46,723 nucleotides of DNA from a virus (Duplodnaviria > Heunggongvirae > Uroviricota > Caudoviricetes), in IMG/VR virus record IMGVR_UViG_647533159_000003. One strand, written 5' to 3'. The notes under the pieces were generated by a model that did no database searches, was not told where the DNA came from, and saw only the letters and a list, made by a program, of their open reading frames with translations. Shown piece after piece: positions 26,000-35,457 of this stretch. Numbering within the stretch: the first letter of the stretch is position 1; every line of letters begins with the position of its first letter. The position numbers were made by a program, and so were the translations under genes.

Positions 26000-27605
26000 T
26001 TTATCGCATATTGCCGCCATGGCATTTAATGAGCCGCTTTTACTGGAACCCGCCTATGCGCGGGTTTTCTTTTGCGCGCTGGGTAAAGAGATAGGGGCCG
26101 GCAGCCTTGCCGTTCCTCAGCAGGCTGTTCAGCTTGATGCTGATGGTATGCAACTGGCGGTGACTGACTATATGGCGGGCGGTCAGCGTCCGGCAAAGAG
26201 TTACCAGGTGAAGAATGGCATTGCCATTCTGCCGGTGAGCGGCACGCTGGTGCATAAACTGGGTACCCTGCGGCCTTACTCCGGCATGACAGGCTATGAC
26301 GGTCTGACTGCTCGTCTTCAGATGGCGGTGAATGATCCGGATGTGCGCGGCATTTTGCTGGATATCGACAGCCCGGGCGGTCAGGCTGCCGGGGCGTTTG
26401 ACTGTGCTGACATGATTTACCGTCTGCGGGAACAGAAGCCCGTGTGGGCGCTGTGTAATGACATGGCCTGTTCAGCCGCCATGTTGCTGGCGGCAGCCTG
26501 TACCCGTCGGCTGGTCACGCAGACGGCAAAAATTGGTTCGATTGGCGTGATGATGGCGCACACCAGTTATGAGAAACAACTGGCACAGGAAGGGGTGGAC
26601 ATCACGCTGATTTACTCCGGGCAGCACAAGGTTGACGGCAACAGTATTCAGGCATTGCCGGCAGGTGTGCGTGCAGATTTTCAGCGCCGTATTGATGAGG
26701 CCCGCCGGATGTTTGTCGACAAGGTGGCGCTTTATACGGGGCTGAGTTCAGAGGCAGTGATGAATACCGAGGCTGCCGTTTATGACGGTCAGGCAGGCAT
26801 TGATGCAGGCCTGGCTGATCAACTGATTAATGCTGCAGATGCCGTTGAAGTGATGGTTTCTGCACTGAATGACTCTGTTACGAAGGAGAATGCAATGACT
26901 GTTAAAAATCTCACCGTTGCTGAAGCGGTGGCCCAGGAAAATCAGCGCGTGATGGGGATCCTGAATTGTCAGGAGGCGAAAGGGCGCGAGCAACTGGCGC
27001 AAATGCTGGCAGGTCAACCTGGAATGACGGTTGAGCAGGCGAAAACGTTGCTGGCTGCTGCGCCGGTTGCCGGTACTGACAGCACGGGTGATCAGATTAT
27101 GGCGCTGCCGGAAGCAAAGGGGCGTGAACAACTGGCACAGATGCTGGCAGGTCAACCGGGGATGACGGTGGCGCAGGCGAAAGCGTTTCTGGCGGCAGCC
27201 CCTGCTGCCGGTGCTGCAGGCGCAGGCGATCAGATTATGGCGTTACCGGAAGCAAAAGGGCGTGAACAACTCGCGCAGGCGCTGGCTGAACAGCCGGGAA
27301 TGACCGTTGACCAGGCCAAAACGTTACTGGCGGCGGCACCGGTTGCGGGCTCTGCAAGTGTCGGCGATCAGATTATGGCGCTGCCGGAGGCGAAAGGGCG
27401 CGAACAACTTGCACAGGCACTGACAGAACAGCCAGGAATGACGGTGGCGCAGGCGAAAACGCTGCTGGCAGCCGCGCCGGCGGCATCGCAACCGTCACAG
27501 GAAACACTTTTTGATCGCTTTATGGCACAGCATGCTGCCAGTGCGGTTTCCGGTGGCGGAACTGCCGGGCGCGGGGAGGAAGACCTGCTGATGAGTATGC
27601 CGTAA
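25989..27605 (+). CDS. Head maturation protease/scaffold (lambda C/Nu3-like, S49 family) with four C-terminal tandem repeats
   Basis: N-terminal ...LSHIAAMAFNEPLLLEPAYARVFFCAL... matches lambda gpC; C-terminal 46-aa unit repeated four times. Confidence 0.85.
   Translation: MRRNLSHIAAMAFNEPLLLEPAYARVFFCALGKEIGAGSLAVPQQAVQLDADGMQLAVTDYMAGGQRPAKSYQVKNGIAILPVSGTLVHKLGTLRPYSGMTGYDGLTARLQMAVNDPDVRGILLDIDSPGGQAAGAFDCADMIYRLREQKPVWALCNDMACSAAMLLAAACTRRLVTQTAKIGSIGVMMAHTSYEKQLAQEGVDITLIYSGQHKVDGNSIQALPAGVRADFQRRIDEARRMFVDKVALYTGLSSEAVMNTEAAVYDGQAGIDAGLADQLINAADAVEVMVSALNDSVTKENAMTVKNLTVAEAVAQENQRVMGILNCQEAKGREQLAQMLAGQPGMTVEQAKTLLAAAPVAGTDSTGDQIMALPEAKGREQLAQMLAGQPGMTVAQAKAFLAAAPAAGAAGAGDQIMALPEAKGREQLAQALAEQPGMTVDQAKTLLAAAPVAGSASVGDQIMALPEAKGREQLAQALTEQPGMTVAQAKTLLAAAPAASQPSQETLFDRFMAQHAASAVSGGGTAGRGEEDLLMSMP
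26950..27500 (+). repeat. Four tandem copies of a 138-bp (46-codon) unit inside gene C
   Basis: Unit starts about 26973, 27111, 27249, 27387 (exact 138-bp period); encoded peptide (D)QIMALPEAKGREQLAQ.LA.QPGMTV.QAK.LLAAAP.AG. Confidence 0.9.
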
Positions 27606-27643
27606 GCGATATCCGGAATTCAGATAAATCAGGAGGCTGAAAA

Positions 27644-27979
27644 ATGATTAAAACCACCACGGAAAAGCGCGCGGATGTGCACATTTTTGCCGGAAACGAT
27701 CCGGCGCATACCGCAAAAGCCACCAGTGGTATCAGTGCCGCCATGCCTGCACTGACGCCACTGATGCTGGATGACGCCACCGGTAAACTGGTGGCATGGG
27801 ATGGTCAGAAAGCCGGAACGGCAGTGGGCGTGCTGGCTCTGGCGCTTACCGGGACCGAGTCCATGCTGACGTACTACAAAAGCGGTACATTTGCCACTGA
27901 GTCGCTGGTCTGGCCTGATTCTGTGGATGCGGTGAAAAAAGCCAACGCATTTGTGGGAAGTGCCATCAGCCACGCCTGA
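27644..27979 (+). CDS. Head decoration protein (lambda D-like)
   Basis: 111 aa; ...DPAHTAKATSGISAAMPALTPLMLD...KLVAWDG...YYKSGTF... resembles lambda gpD. Confidence 0.85.
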   Translation: MIKTTTEKRADVHIFAGNDPAHTAKATSGISAAMPALTPLMLDDATGKLVAWDGQKAGTAVGVLALALTGTESMLTYYKSGTFATESLVWPDSVDAVKKANAFVGSAISHA

Positions 27980-28003
27980 TGGTGAAGTGATTGACTGAAA
28001 AAA

Positions 28004-28031
28004 CGGGTCGCGATGCGGCCCGTTTGTGTTT
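28004..28031 (+). terminator. Terminator-like hairpin after D
   Basis: CGGGTCGC-gat-GCGGCCCG followed by TTTGTGTTT. Confidence 0.45.
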
Positions 28032-28048
28032 CTGAAGGAAAATAAATT

Positions 28049-29077
28049 ATGGGGTTATTTACCACGCGTCAGTTACTCGGGTACACCGAGCAGAAAGTGA
28101 AATTTCGTGCGCTGTTTCTGGAGCTGTTCTTTCGTCGCACGATCACTTTCCATACTCAGGAAGTCATGCTGGATAAAATTACCGGCAAAACACCGGTTGC
28201 GGCGTATGTGTCTCCGGTGGTGTCAGGCAAAGTGCTGCGCAGCCGTGGTGGTGAAACCCGCGTGTTACGTCCCGGTTATGTAAAACCAAAACACCGCTTT
28301 GATTATCAGCAGGCAGTGGAACGTCTTCCGGGGGAAGATCCGTCCCGTCTTAATGACCCGGCCTACCGCCGCCTGCGTATTCTGACGGACAACCTGAAAC
28401 AGGAAGAGCAGGCGATTGTGCAGGTGGAAGAAATGCAGGCGGTCAGTGCCGTTCTGCAGGGTAAATACACCATGAGCGGCGAGCAGTTTGAGACAGTGGA
28501 AGTGGATTTTGGGCGTTCTGCCGCCAATAACATTACGCAGGCTGGCGGACGCGAATGGTCAAAGCAGAATGCTGACACCTTTGATCCGACGCATGATCTG
28601 GATGCGTACTGCGATTTTGCTTCCGGCACCATCAATATCGCGATTATGGACGGCACGGTCTGGCGTATGCTGAACGGTTTTAAACTGTTCCGTGAAAAAC
28701 TGGATACCCGCCGTGGCTCCAAATCTGAGCTGGAAACGGCACTGAAAGACCTGGGTTCCGTGGTTTCCTTTAAGGGCTGGTACGGCGATCTGGCTGTCGT
28801 GGTGGCGAAGACAACGTATGTTGACGAAAACGGGGATGAACAGCGTTATCTGCCGGAAGGTACACTGATTCTGGGAAACACTCAGGCGGAGGGCGTCCGT
28901 TGCTATGGCGCAATCCAGGATAATCAGGCGCTGAGTGAAGGGATCACCTCTGCGATTCGTTATCCGAAACACTGGGAGGAAGTGGGGGATCCTGGTTGCG
29001 AATATACCATGACGCAGTCTGCGCCGTTGATGGTGCTGCCGGATCCGGATGCGTTTGTGGTGGTTCAGGTGAAATAA
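28049..29077 (+). CDS. Major capsid protein (lambda E-like)
   Basis: 342 aa; ...PGYVKPKH...VEEMQAVSAVLQGKYTM...KLDTRRGS..SELETA.KDLG... collinear with lambda gpE. Confidence 0.9.
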   Translation: MGLFTTRQLLGYTEQKVKFRALFLELFFRRTITFHTQEVMLDKITGKTPVAAYVSPVVSGKVLRSRGGETRVLRPGYVKPKHRFDYQQAVERLPGEDPSRLNDPAYRRLRILTDNLKQEEQAIVQVEEMQAVSAVLQGKYTMSGEQFETVEVDFGRSAANNITQAGGREWSKQNADTFDPTHDLDAYCDFASGTINIAIMDGTVWRMLNGFKLFREKLDTRRGSKSELETALKDLGSVVSFKGWYGDLAVVVAKTTYVDENGDEQRYLPEGTLILGNTQAEGVRCYGAIQDNQALSEGITSAIRYPKHWEEVGDPGCEYTMTQSAPLMVLPDPDAFVVVQVK

Positions 29078-29080
29078 GAC

Positions 29081-29108
29081 GGGGCGGGATATACCCGCCT
29101 TTTTCTTT
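29081..29108 (+). terminator. Rho-independent terminator after the capsid gene
   Basis: GGCGGG-atata-CCCGCC followed by TTTTTCTTT. Confidence 0.7.
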
Positions 29109-29127
29109 ATCGCACGGGAGAGATGTG

Positions 29128-29493
29128 ATGACAAAAGAGCAGATGACGGAACGCCTTCAGGCGCTGGCAGTGATTCTGGGGCGTGAAGCAGATATTTCAG
29201 GTTCAAAAGCCGATCTTGAGCAGCGTCTGGCGGAATGGGAGGAGGAGGCCGCCGGATTCGATGGGGAGGAGACGGGGAAGGAAGAGGTGGGCAACGATGC
29301 ATCCGGCGACGGAATGCATTCTGAGCAGGGACTCGCCCGGGTGCGTATGCTGAAAACGGCGCATATGCCAGCCTGTGATGCTGTGACGGGAAAAATGTTG
29401 ATGTTTGCCCGGGCCTTCAGTGTTGTGCTGGTTAATGAAGCCACAGTTCCCGCGTTGCTGGCAGACGGTCTGGCAGAAAAAATCCGGGAGTGA
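29128..29493 (+). CDS. DNA-packaging/head assembly protein (lambda FI-like)
   Basis: GGGAGAG SD then ATG 29128; MTKEQMTERLQAL... resembles the lambda FI N-terminus. Confidence 0.6.
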   Translation: MTKEQMTERLQALAVILGREADISGSKADLEQRLAEWEEEAAGFDGEETGKEEVGNDASGDGMHSEQGLARVRMLKTAHMPACDAVTGKMLMFARAFSVVLVNEATVPALLADGLAEKIRE

Positions 29494-29897
29494 TGATGTT
29501 CAATAATCTGTTCGATCAGGCCATGAGTGATGCGGATGACATCATCCTGGATACGATGGGGACGGAAATCAGCATATATCCGGGCGGCACGGAAAGAAAA
29601 ATCCGTGCCGTTTTTGATGCCCCGGCAGATAACACCGGGATTAACACTGGCAGCGGCGAAATTCGTGATACTGCGCCCGTGTTATTTACCCGGAGCGCAT
29701 GGGCCGCCGGTCTGAAAAAATATGACAGGGTCATGATCCACGGCGAACCCTATCAGGTAGTCGATCCCGGCTGGGATGAGTCAGGCACTGCGGGTCAGGG
29801 GGTGATTACCATCACCCTTGCGCGTGGAGAGCCGGGGAGAAATACACCTGCTGCCCCTGTCCGACCGAGTAAACGTTATGGCAGTCAGAGAGCATGA
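29493..29897 (+). CDS. Head-tail connector protein (lambda FII-like)
   Basis: ATG overlaps the FI stop (ATGA); ...FNNLFDQAMSDADDII..TMGT... resembles lambda FII. Confidence 0.7.
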   Translation: MMFNNLFDQAMSDADDIILDTMGTEISIYPGGTERKIRAVFDAPADNTGINTGSGEIRDTAPVLFTRSAWAAGLKKYDRVMIHGEPYQVVDPGWDESGTAGQGVITITLARGEPGRNTPAAPVRPSKRYGSQRA

Positions 29898-30600
29898 ACG
29901 AAGCAGTGCCCGGCAGCGACGGCTGGCACGAAACCTCGTCGTCGATATTGATGAAGATGAGGTGCTGAAAATTATCGCTAAACTGGGTGGGTCAAAAAGT
30001 CAGATCCGTAAAGCCTGGGGCGTGGCGCTGAAAAGAGCCGCGTCTGCACTGCGGATGAAGGCTATGGCAGAGTTTAAAAAACAGGTTGCCCCACGCAGTC
30101 AGAAAATGATCAAAAAGCGTGTTCTGCATAATTTTATCATTCGTCGTAACGGTGATGAGTTTGATGAGGCGAAGGTATGGTTCGGTCTGAATGCCATCAA
30201 AGTACGCGATCTGCGCGGACGCATCAGTGGGGGGCGACGCGGCGAACGCCATCAGTTGCGCGATGAGCGGGGGCGTTTTGCACCAGCTTCCAGCCGCAGG
30301 AAGGCTCGGGAGATCCGTTTTAAACCTGCCGGGGAATCCCTGCCTGTCACCACCTGGTCAACGGATGATGCCTTTATCAACCAGTTCGAAGCGGAAAATC
30401 GTAACGGACGTATATCAAAAAGGAAAACGATACTGATCCGACAGGCATCCGGACGACGGAGGGTGCGTGAAGCGGAAATTGATATTTATGAAGCCATGCT
30501 GAACCGTATAGAGGATTTTGTTTTTCCGGATGCGGAAGCACTGATCCTGAAAAATTTTGAGCATGAACTGAAATTCCGGGTATTTAAGGGGCTGGAGTGA
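29878..30600 (+). CDS. Putative tail completion protein (lambda Z-like)
   Basis: Basic protein after FII in the Z position; start uncertain (ATG 29878). Confidence 0.5.
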   Translation: MAVREHERSSARQRRLARNLVVDIDEDEVLKIIAKLGGSKSQIRKAWGVALKRAASALRMKAMAEFKKQVAPRSQKMIKKRVLHNFIIRRNGDEFDEAKVWFGLNAIKVRDLRGRISGGRRGERHQLRDERGRFAPASSRRKAREIRFKPAGESLPVTTWSTDDAFINQFEAENRNGRISKRKTILIRQASGRRRVREAEIDIYEAMLNRIEDFVFPDAEALILKNFEHELKFRVFKGLE

Positions 30601-31163
30601 TGGAGCCATTGATGATGGGCGCCTGGCATCAGGCGGTGATTGACAGTCTGAAACAAATTCCCTGGGTGGAAGATGCCGATGAGTACCCGGAAAAAGTGAC
30701 GCAACTGGTGACGCCTGCTGTGTTTGTGGATGTACCGGGCTGGGACAAGGCTCATTTTGCTGACGGGCAAACGCGGGTCACGCTGAAATGTGATCTGTTT
30801 GTGGTGACAGACCGGGCCGGGAAGACGGAAAACGTGCCAAAACCGCAGATTTTTGCCCGTTGTCTGGCGATGGATTTATCTGACTGGATTGAGGGAGCCA
30901 CGTTCGGGCTGGATAACGTTGATCCAGCGGTTTTTATCGATGCTGAGGTGGATACCTTCGACCGGCTACTGGACGACTACATCGTTTTCCGTGTCTCTTT
31001 TGAACAGGACATTCCGGTCGGCGAAGATCCGTTTGCGGTTCCGGCAGGTGCGCCGTTACAGGAAGTCTGGCTGGGTAAAGTACCGGAAACCGGCAAGAGA
31101 CATGAGCAGGATTATCGTCTTATCTGGAAATCGGAGGGCACCGGTGATGAGTCTGGCGGATGA
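30600..31163 (+). CDS. Putative head-tail connector/tail terminator-type protein
   Basis: 188 aa, acidic; between the Z-like gene and baseplate V; ATG overlaps the upstream stop. Confidence 0.45.
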   Translation: MEPLMMGAWHQAVIDSLKQIPWVEDADEYPEKVTQLVTPAVFVDVPGWDKAHFADGQTRVTLKCDLFVVTDRAGKTENVPKPQIFARCLAMDLSDWIEGATFGLDNVDPAVFIDAEVDTFDRLLDDYIVFRVSFEQDIPVGEDPFAVPAGAPLQEVWLGKVPETGKRHEQDYRLIWKSEGTGDESGG

Positions 31164-31770
31164 AGTGGCAGAGTTACGCCGCAGGGTGGCGGACATGGTC
31201 CGGCGTGGTGTAGTGGAAGAGGTGATCCCGGGTAGTCCGGTGATGGTCCGGGTGGATATCGGGGATGTGCTTTCGCCGCCGTTGCCCTGGATTCAGGTAC
31301 AGTCCGGGCGCTACATGCAGGTCAGTAATTATCCGGCCCCCGGAGATGCCGTTACAGTGATATCGGAGGCGGGCGATCTGCGTAACGGTCGGGTGTATCC
31401 GGGGCCCAATATTGACGCCATTCCTGTCCCTGAGGGCAGTGAATACGAACATGTTATTTTGTTTGATACCGGAACGGAAATCCGTTACGACCGTCAGGCT
31501 AATGCCCTGTCCATCGCGCTGGCTGAAGGCGGCAGCTATAAAATTACCGGCAGGGGAACCCTGGACGGTCCGGTAGAAATCACAGATACCCTGACCGTAC
31601 AGGGTAAAGCAACCATGAATGCTGAGGCGGTGGTTAAGGCGGATCTGATGGTCGGTGGTGAGGTTTCTGATTATCACGGAACGATGAGTCAAATCAGAAT
31701 TGTCTATAACGGTCACAATCACCGGGGCGACAGTGGTGGCAGCACCGGACAGCCTGGTCAGCAAATGTAA
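31147..31770 (+). CDS. Baseplate spike/assembly protein V (P2 gpV-like)
   Basis: 207 aa; C-terminal ...VYNGHNHRGDSGGSTGQP motif typical of gpV-type spikes. Confidence 0.8.
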   Translation: MSLADEVAELRRRVADMVRRGVVEEVIPGSPVMVRVDIGDVLSPPLPWIQVQSGRYMQVSNYPAPGDAVTVISEAGDLRNGRVYPGPNIDAIPVPEGSEYEHVILFDTGTEIRYDRQANALSIALAEGGSYKITGRGTLDGPVEITDTLTVQGKATMNAEAVVKADLMVGGEVSDYHGTMSQIRIVYNGHNHRGDSGGSTGQPGQQM

Positions 31771-31803
31771 TCTCCTTTCAGTTCTTTTTCCGGAATAAAC
31801 AAC

Positions 31804-32160
31804 ATGATTGGTATTGATTCAGCCACCGGCAGATATCTGCACGGTAACGAACATCTGCGCCAGTCCGTCACTGATATTTTGTCAACACCGGTCGGCAGCC
31901 GGGTCCTGCTCAGGGAATACGGCAGCAGACTTTTCAGTCTGCTTGATAACCCACAGGATGATTTCACGCGGGTGAGAATTGTTCGCGAAACGGTAACCGC
32001 CCTTGAACGCTGGGAACCCCGCCTGACTCTCCGGCGGGTGGAAGTGACGTGGACAGGAGAAGGAAGCGCGTGGCTGACGCTTGTCGGGGTGAATAACGAA
32101 ACTCAGGATACGATTCGACTCGAGGAGATAAAAATTGGCAACGTCTCAGGCAATTATTGA
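31804..32160 (+). CDS. Baseplate protein W (P2 gpW / T4 gp25-like)
   Basis: 118 aa; small baseplate wedge protein pattern immediately after V. Confidence 0.8.
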   Translation: MIGIDSATGRYLHGNEHLRQSVTDILSTPVGSRVLLREYGSRLFSLLDNPQDDFTRVRIVRETVTALERWEPRLTLRRVEVTWTGEGSAWLTLVGVNNETQDTIRLEEIKIGNVSGNY

Positions 32161-33049
32161 TCTGTCTGCGATACCGGTACCGGATGCGGTGGAGGTGCCG
32201 GACACTGCTGTGCTGGTCACTCAGATAGTGACGAAGTATCAGGAGCTGGACACGTTGTTTTCGGCCCTGGTGGAATCCGATCCGGCGTATAAATGGGCAG
32301 AGGCGCTGGCTTTTCGCGTGGCGCTGATGCGCCAGCTGGTCAATGATGCTGTCCGGGGTGTATTGCTTGCGAGTGCCCGGAGGAACGACCTGGATCAGAT
32401 TGGTGCGAATTTTCAGGTGCAGCGTCTGGTGATTACCCCGGCAGATGACAGCACCATTCCGCCCACGCCTGCGGTGTATGAAGATGATGACGCTTTTCGC
32501 GAACGTATCCAGTTGTCATGGGCACGGCTGAGCACCGCCGGCGCGAAAAATGCGTACCACTATTTTGCGCAAAGTGCTGATCCTGATGTGCTGGATGTGA
32601 AGGCTTACGGGCCGGAAACGCATTCACAGGAAGGGCGTGTTTTTCTTTATGTGTTATCCCGGTCCGGAAATGGCACTGCATCACAACCCCTGCTGGATAA
32701 GGTGGCAGCATCAGTCTGTGATGATGAAACCCGTCCCCTGACGGATTTTGTCAGTGTCCGGACGGCAGAAATTATTCCCTACGATGTGGTGGCGGATATT
32801 CATATTCCCTACGGACTGGATGGTGAACTGGTTATGGCAAATGCCCGCAAGGCGCTGCAGTCATACACTGACAGCGTCCACCGGATTGGCTCGGTGGCAT
32901 CCCGTTCTGGCATGGATGGTGCCCTTCACCAGACCGGGGTGATTACGGTGAATCTGACCTCTCCGGGCAGTGATATCGTTCCTGCGATGGGGCAGGCACC
33001 GTGGTGCCGTAAGGTAACGCTGAATAAGGTGGAGACAACTGATGAATGA
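32135..33049 (+). CDS. Baseplate assembly protein J (P2 gpJ-like)
   Basis: ...AIIDLSAIPVPDAVE... and ...ITPADDSTIPPTPAV... match P2 gpJ; start codon uncertain (TTG). Confidence 0.8.
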   Translation: MATSQAIIDLSAIPVPDAVEVPDTAVLVTQIVTKYQELDTLFSALVESDPAYKWAEALAFRVALMRQLVNDAVRGVLLASARRNDLDQIGANFQVQRLVITPADDSTIPPTPAVYEDDDAFRERIQLSWARLSTAGAKNAYHYFAQSADPDVLDVKAYGPETHSQEGRVFLYVLSRSGNGTASQPLLDKVAASVCDDETRPLTDFVSVRTAEIIPYDVVADIHIPYGLDGELVMANARKALQSYTDSVHRIGSVASRSGMDGALHQTGVITVNLTSPGSDIVPAMGQAPWCRKVTLNKVETTDE

Positions 33050-33632
33050 CGATATCAGGAGCATACTGCCGGTCAGTGCCAGCCGGGCAGAGCGGGTGGT
33101 GGACTGTGTCGCCGGAGATATGCTGTCAGACATAGCGGTCTGCCTGATCCGCTATGTGAAAAATCCCGATTTATGTCCTGCTGAATTGCTGCCCTGGCTG
33201 GCCTGGGAAATGGCGGTGGACACCTGGAATGAACACTGGACGGAGGCGGAAAAAAGGTCTGCGATAAAACGTGCTGCATACATCCACCGCCACAGAGGGA
33301 CTAAAGCGGCGCTGATGGCATCGCTGGCTGAAAGTCCCTTCCGGTCGCAGATTGTTGAGTGGTATGAGCAGACCCCACCCGGGGAGCCGTATACCTTCCG
33401 TCTGAACGTGGAGCAGAAGGATTTACCGGTGCTGATGAATGATCATCAGGATCTGAAGCATGCGGTGCTCCGTGCCAAAAATCTGCGCAGCTGGTTCAGT
33501 ATTCACGTTTACGGGAACAGCACAGGGCGTGGATTTGGTTACGGCTATGTGATGGCGACAGAAAAAATCAGAAGTACCGGTGTGACAACAAAGACAGTGC
33601 CCACAGGCGGGCAGAGTGAGGCAGGTGTATGA
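33042..33632 (+). CDS. Baseplate/tail protein I (P2 gpI-like)
   Basis: 196 aa, position and size as P2 gpI; overlaps the J stop. Confidence 0.7.
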   Translation: MNDDIRSILPVSASRAERVVDCVAGDMLSDIAVCLIRYVKNPDLCPAELLPWLAWEMAVDTWNEHWTEAEKRSAIKRAAYIHRHRGTKAALMASLAESPFRSQIVEWYEQTPPGEPYTFRLNVEQKDLPVLMNDHQDLKHAVLRAKNLRSWFSIHVYGNSTGRGFGYGYVMATEKIRSTGVTTKTVPTGGQSEAGV

Positions 33633-34858
33633 ATGGACTGATTCTGACAACGTCCGGCGCTGCAGAAATTGAAGCAGCATATCAGAACGGGCAAACCGTG
33701 ACCGTCCGGCATGTTCTGCTTGGTGACGGGGGCGGGCGGGCATTGCCATCCACGCCGGATGAAATGGCAGCAATGACATCGTTGTACGGCGAATTCGGGC
33801 AGGAACCCTTTTCCGACGGTGCGGTGGAGGAGGGCTTCATCAGCGGGGATATTGTGATTGACTGTAAATCATACCCCGGTAAAACCCTTCGAGAACTGGG
33901 GATGATCAGCGACAGAGGTACGCTTATCGCGTACGGACGTTATCCGGACACCTTTTTACCAGACCAGACGGACTCCGTTATCAAGGAAGTTATTCTGACG
34001 CTGGTTCTTGGGCTGACGCACGCACAAAACGTGGTGCTGGAAGTTGATCCGGACAGGGCCATTATTACTCAGGAAATCGGAGACAGACGCTATCTGCAAC
34101 GAAAAAAGAATCTTTCGGATGTGGAAGACAAGGATGAGGCTGTTGAAAACCTCGGATTAAAACCCACGGTGGACAAGGCAAAAAATGCCGTTCAGCGTGA
34201 TGGCGACACCATGACAGGAAAGCTGACGCTGCCCCAGACCTCCGGATTTGGTGTTAACACTGACAATACCCTGGGAGGTAACTCAATTGCTTTCGGGGAT
34301 AACGATACAGGTATAAAACAAAACGGCGACGGCATTCTGGATGTTTATGCGAATGGACAGCATGTATTTCGTTTCCAGAATGGTGTGGCGATAGCGTTAA
34401 AAAATATTCAGGCCGGAAATGCTAAAAAATTCACGTTATCCAGCGCCAACAACTCCACGAAAAACGCAACGTTTAATTTATGGGGTAATTCATCCCGACC
34501 TGTAGTTGCAGAGCTTGGTGATGATTCCGGCTGGCATTTTTACAGCCAGAGAAATACCGATGGCAGTATCACATTCGCTGTAAACGGACAGATGACCCCA
34601 TCAAACTATGGAAATTTCGATGCCCGTTATCAGCAGCGAAATGGCGGCGTGCAGGATGTGCGTTATGGTTCCGAAATGTATTACAACCCGGGAGGTAACC
34701 AGGTATCCTGGACATTTCGCTCACCTTCAGGCCACGGGTTATCCGGTATTAATGTGCAGGAAACCGGAAGTAATTCGGCAGATAACATCGGCGGCGTGTA
34801 TTACCGTCCGCTTCAGAAACTGATCAACGGCACCTGGTATAACGTGGCGAGTGTTTAA
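33629..34858 (+). CDS. Tail fibre protein (P2 gpH-like C-terminal receptor-binding region)
   Basis: C-terminus ...GDNDTGIKQNGDGILDVYANGQHVFRFQNGVAIA.KNIQAG... near-collinear with the P2 H C-terminus. Confidence 0.8.
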   Translation: MNGLILTTSGAAEIEAAYQNGQTVTVRHVLLGDGGGRALPSTPDEMAAMTSLYGEFGQEPFSDGAVEEGFISGDIVIDCKSYPGKTLRELGMISDRGTLIAYGRYPDTFLPDQTDSVIKEVILTLVLGLTHAQNVVLEVDPDRAIITQEIGDRRYLQRKKNLSDVEDKDEAVENLGLKPTVDKAKNAVQRDGDTMTGKLTLPQTSGFGVNTDNTLGGNSIAFGDNDTGIKQNGDGILDVYANGQHVFRFQNGVAIALKNIQAGNAKKFTLSSANNSTKNATFNLWGNSSRPVVAELGDDSGWHFYSQRNTDGSITFAVNGQMTPSNYGNFDARYQQRNGGVQDVRYGSEMYYNPGGNQVSWTFRSPSGHGLSGINVQETGSNSADNIGGVYYRPLQKLINGTWYNVASV

Positions 34859-34860
34859 CA

Positions 34861-35403
34861 ATGTTGCATTTAAAAAATATTACTGCGGGCAATCCGAAAA
34901 CCGCAGAACAATATCAGATGACAAAAAAATATGATGTTACCTGGCTTTTTTCGGAAGACGACAAAAACTGGTATGAAGAACTGAAGAATTTCGCCAGCGA
35001 CACAATAAAAATAGCTTACACCGGAGACGGGCGCGTGGTGTGGGTCGGTAAGGATGTGACAGGTATTGAACCCCGTAACGCCAGTGTTATTGAAGTTCCT
35101 GATATTACCGCTAACCGCCGCATTACCGCACCGGGTTACTGGTTCTACCGCAATGATGAATTTGTTTTTGACTACAAACTTAAAGCGGAAGATGAGCGTG
35201 ATGCACTGTTAAAACAGGTCAGCATCATGACCAGCGAATGGGGAAAAGACCTGCTGCTGGGATTAATCAGTGACGAAGACAGGGAGAAACTGAAAGCGTA
35301 CCGCATTTACGCGAAATCGCTGCAGGCGATGGATTTCAGCGCTATTACGGATAAGACCACTTACAACAATATTAGCTGGCCTGAGCAGCCACAAAATACC
35401 TGA
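34861..35403 (+). CDS. Tail fibre assembly chaperone (P2 gpG / Tfa-like)
   Basis: 180 aa immediately after the fibre gene; Tfa-family-like C-terminus. Confidence 0.7.
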   Translation: MLHLKNITAGNPKTAEQYQMTKKYDVTWLFSEDDKNWYEELKNFASDTIKIAYTGDGRVVWVGKDVTGIEPRNASVIEVPDITANRRITAPGYWFYRNDEFVFDYKLKAEDERDALLKQVSIMTSEWGKDLLLGLISDEDREKLKAYRIYAKSLQAMDFSAITDKTTYNNISWPEQPQNT

Positions 35404-35422
35404 AAAAGAAGTTAATCATCTG

Positions 35423-35446
35423 ACCGCCTGAGGGCGGTTTTTTTAT
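35423..35446 (+). terminator. Rho-independent terminator after the fibre/chaperone pair
   Basis: ACCGCC-tgag-GGCGGT followed by TTTTTTT. Confidence 0.75.
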
Positions 35447-35457
35447 GGGAGAAATGT

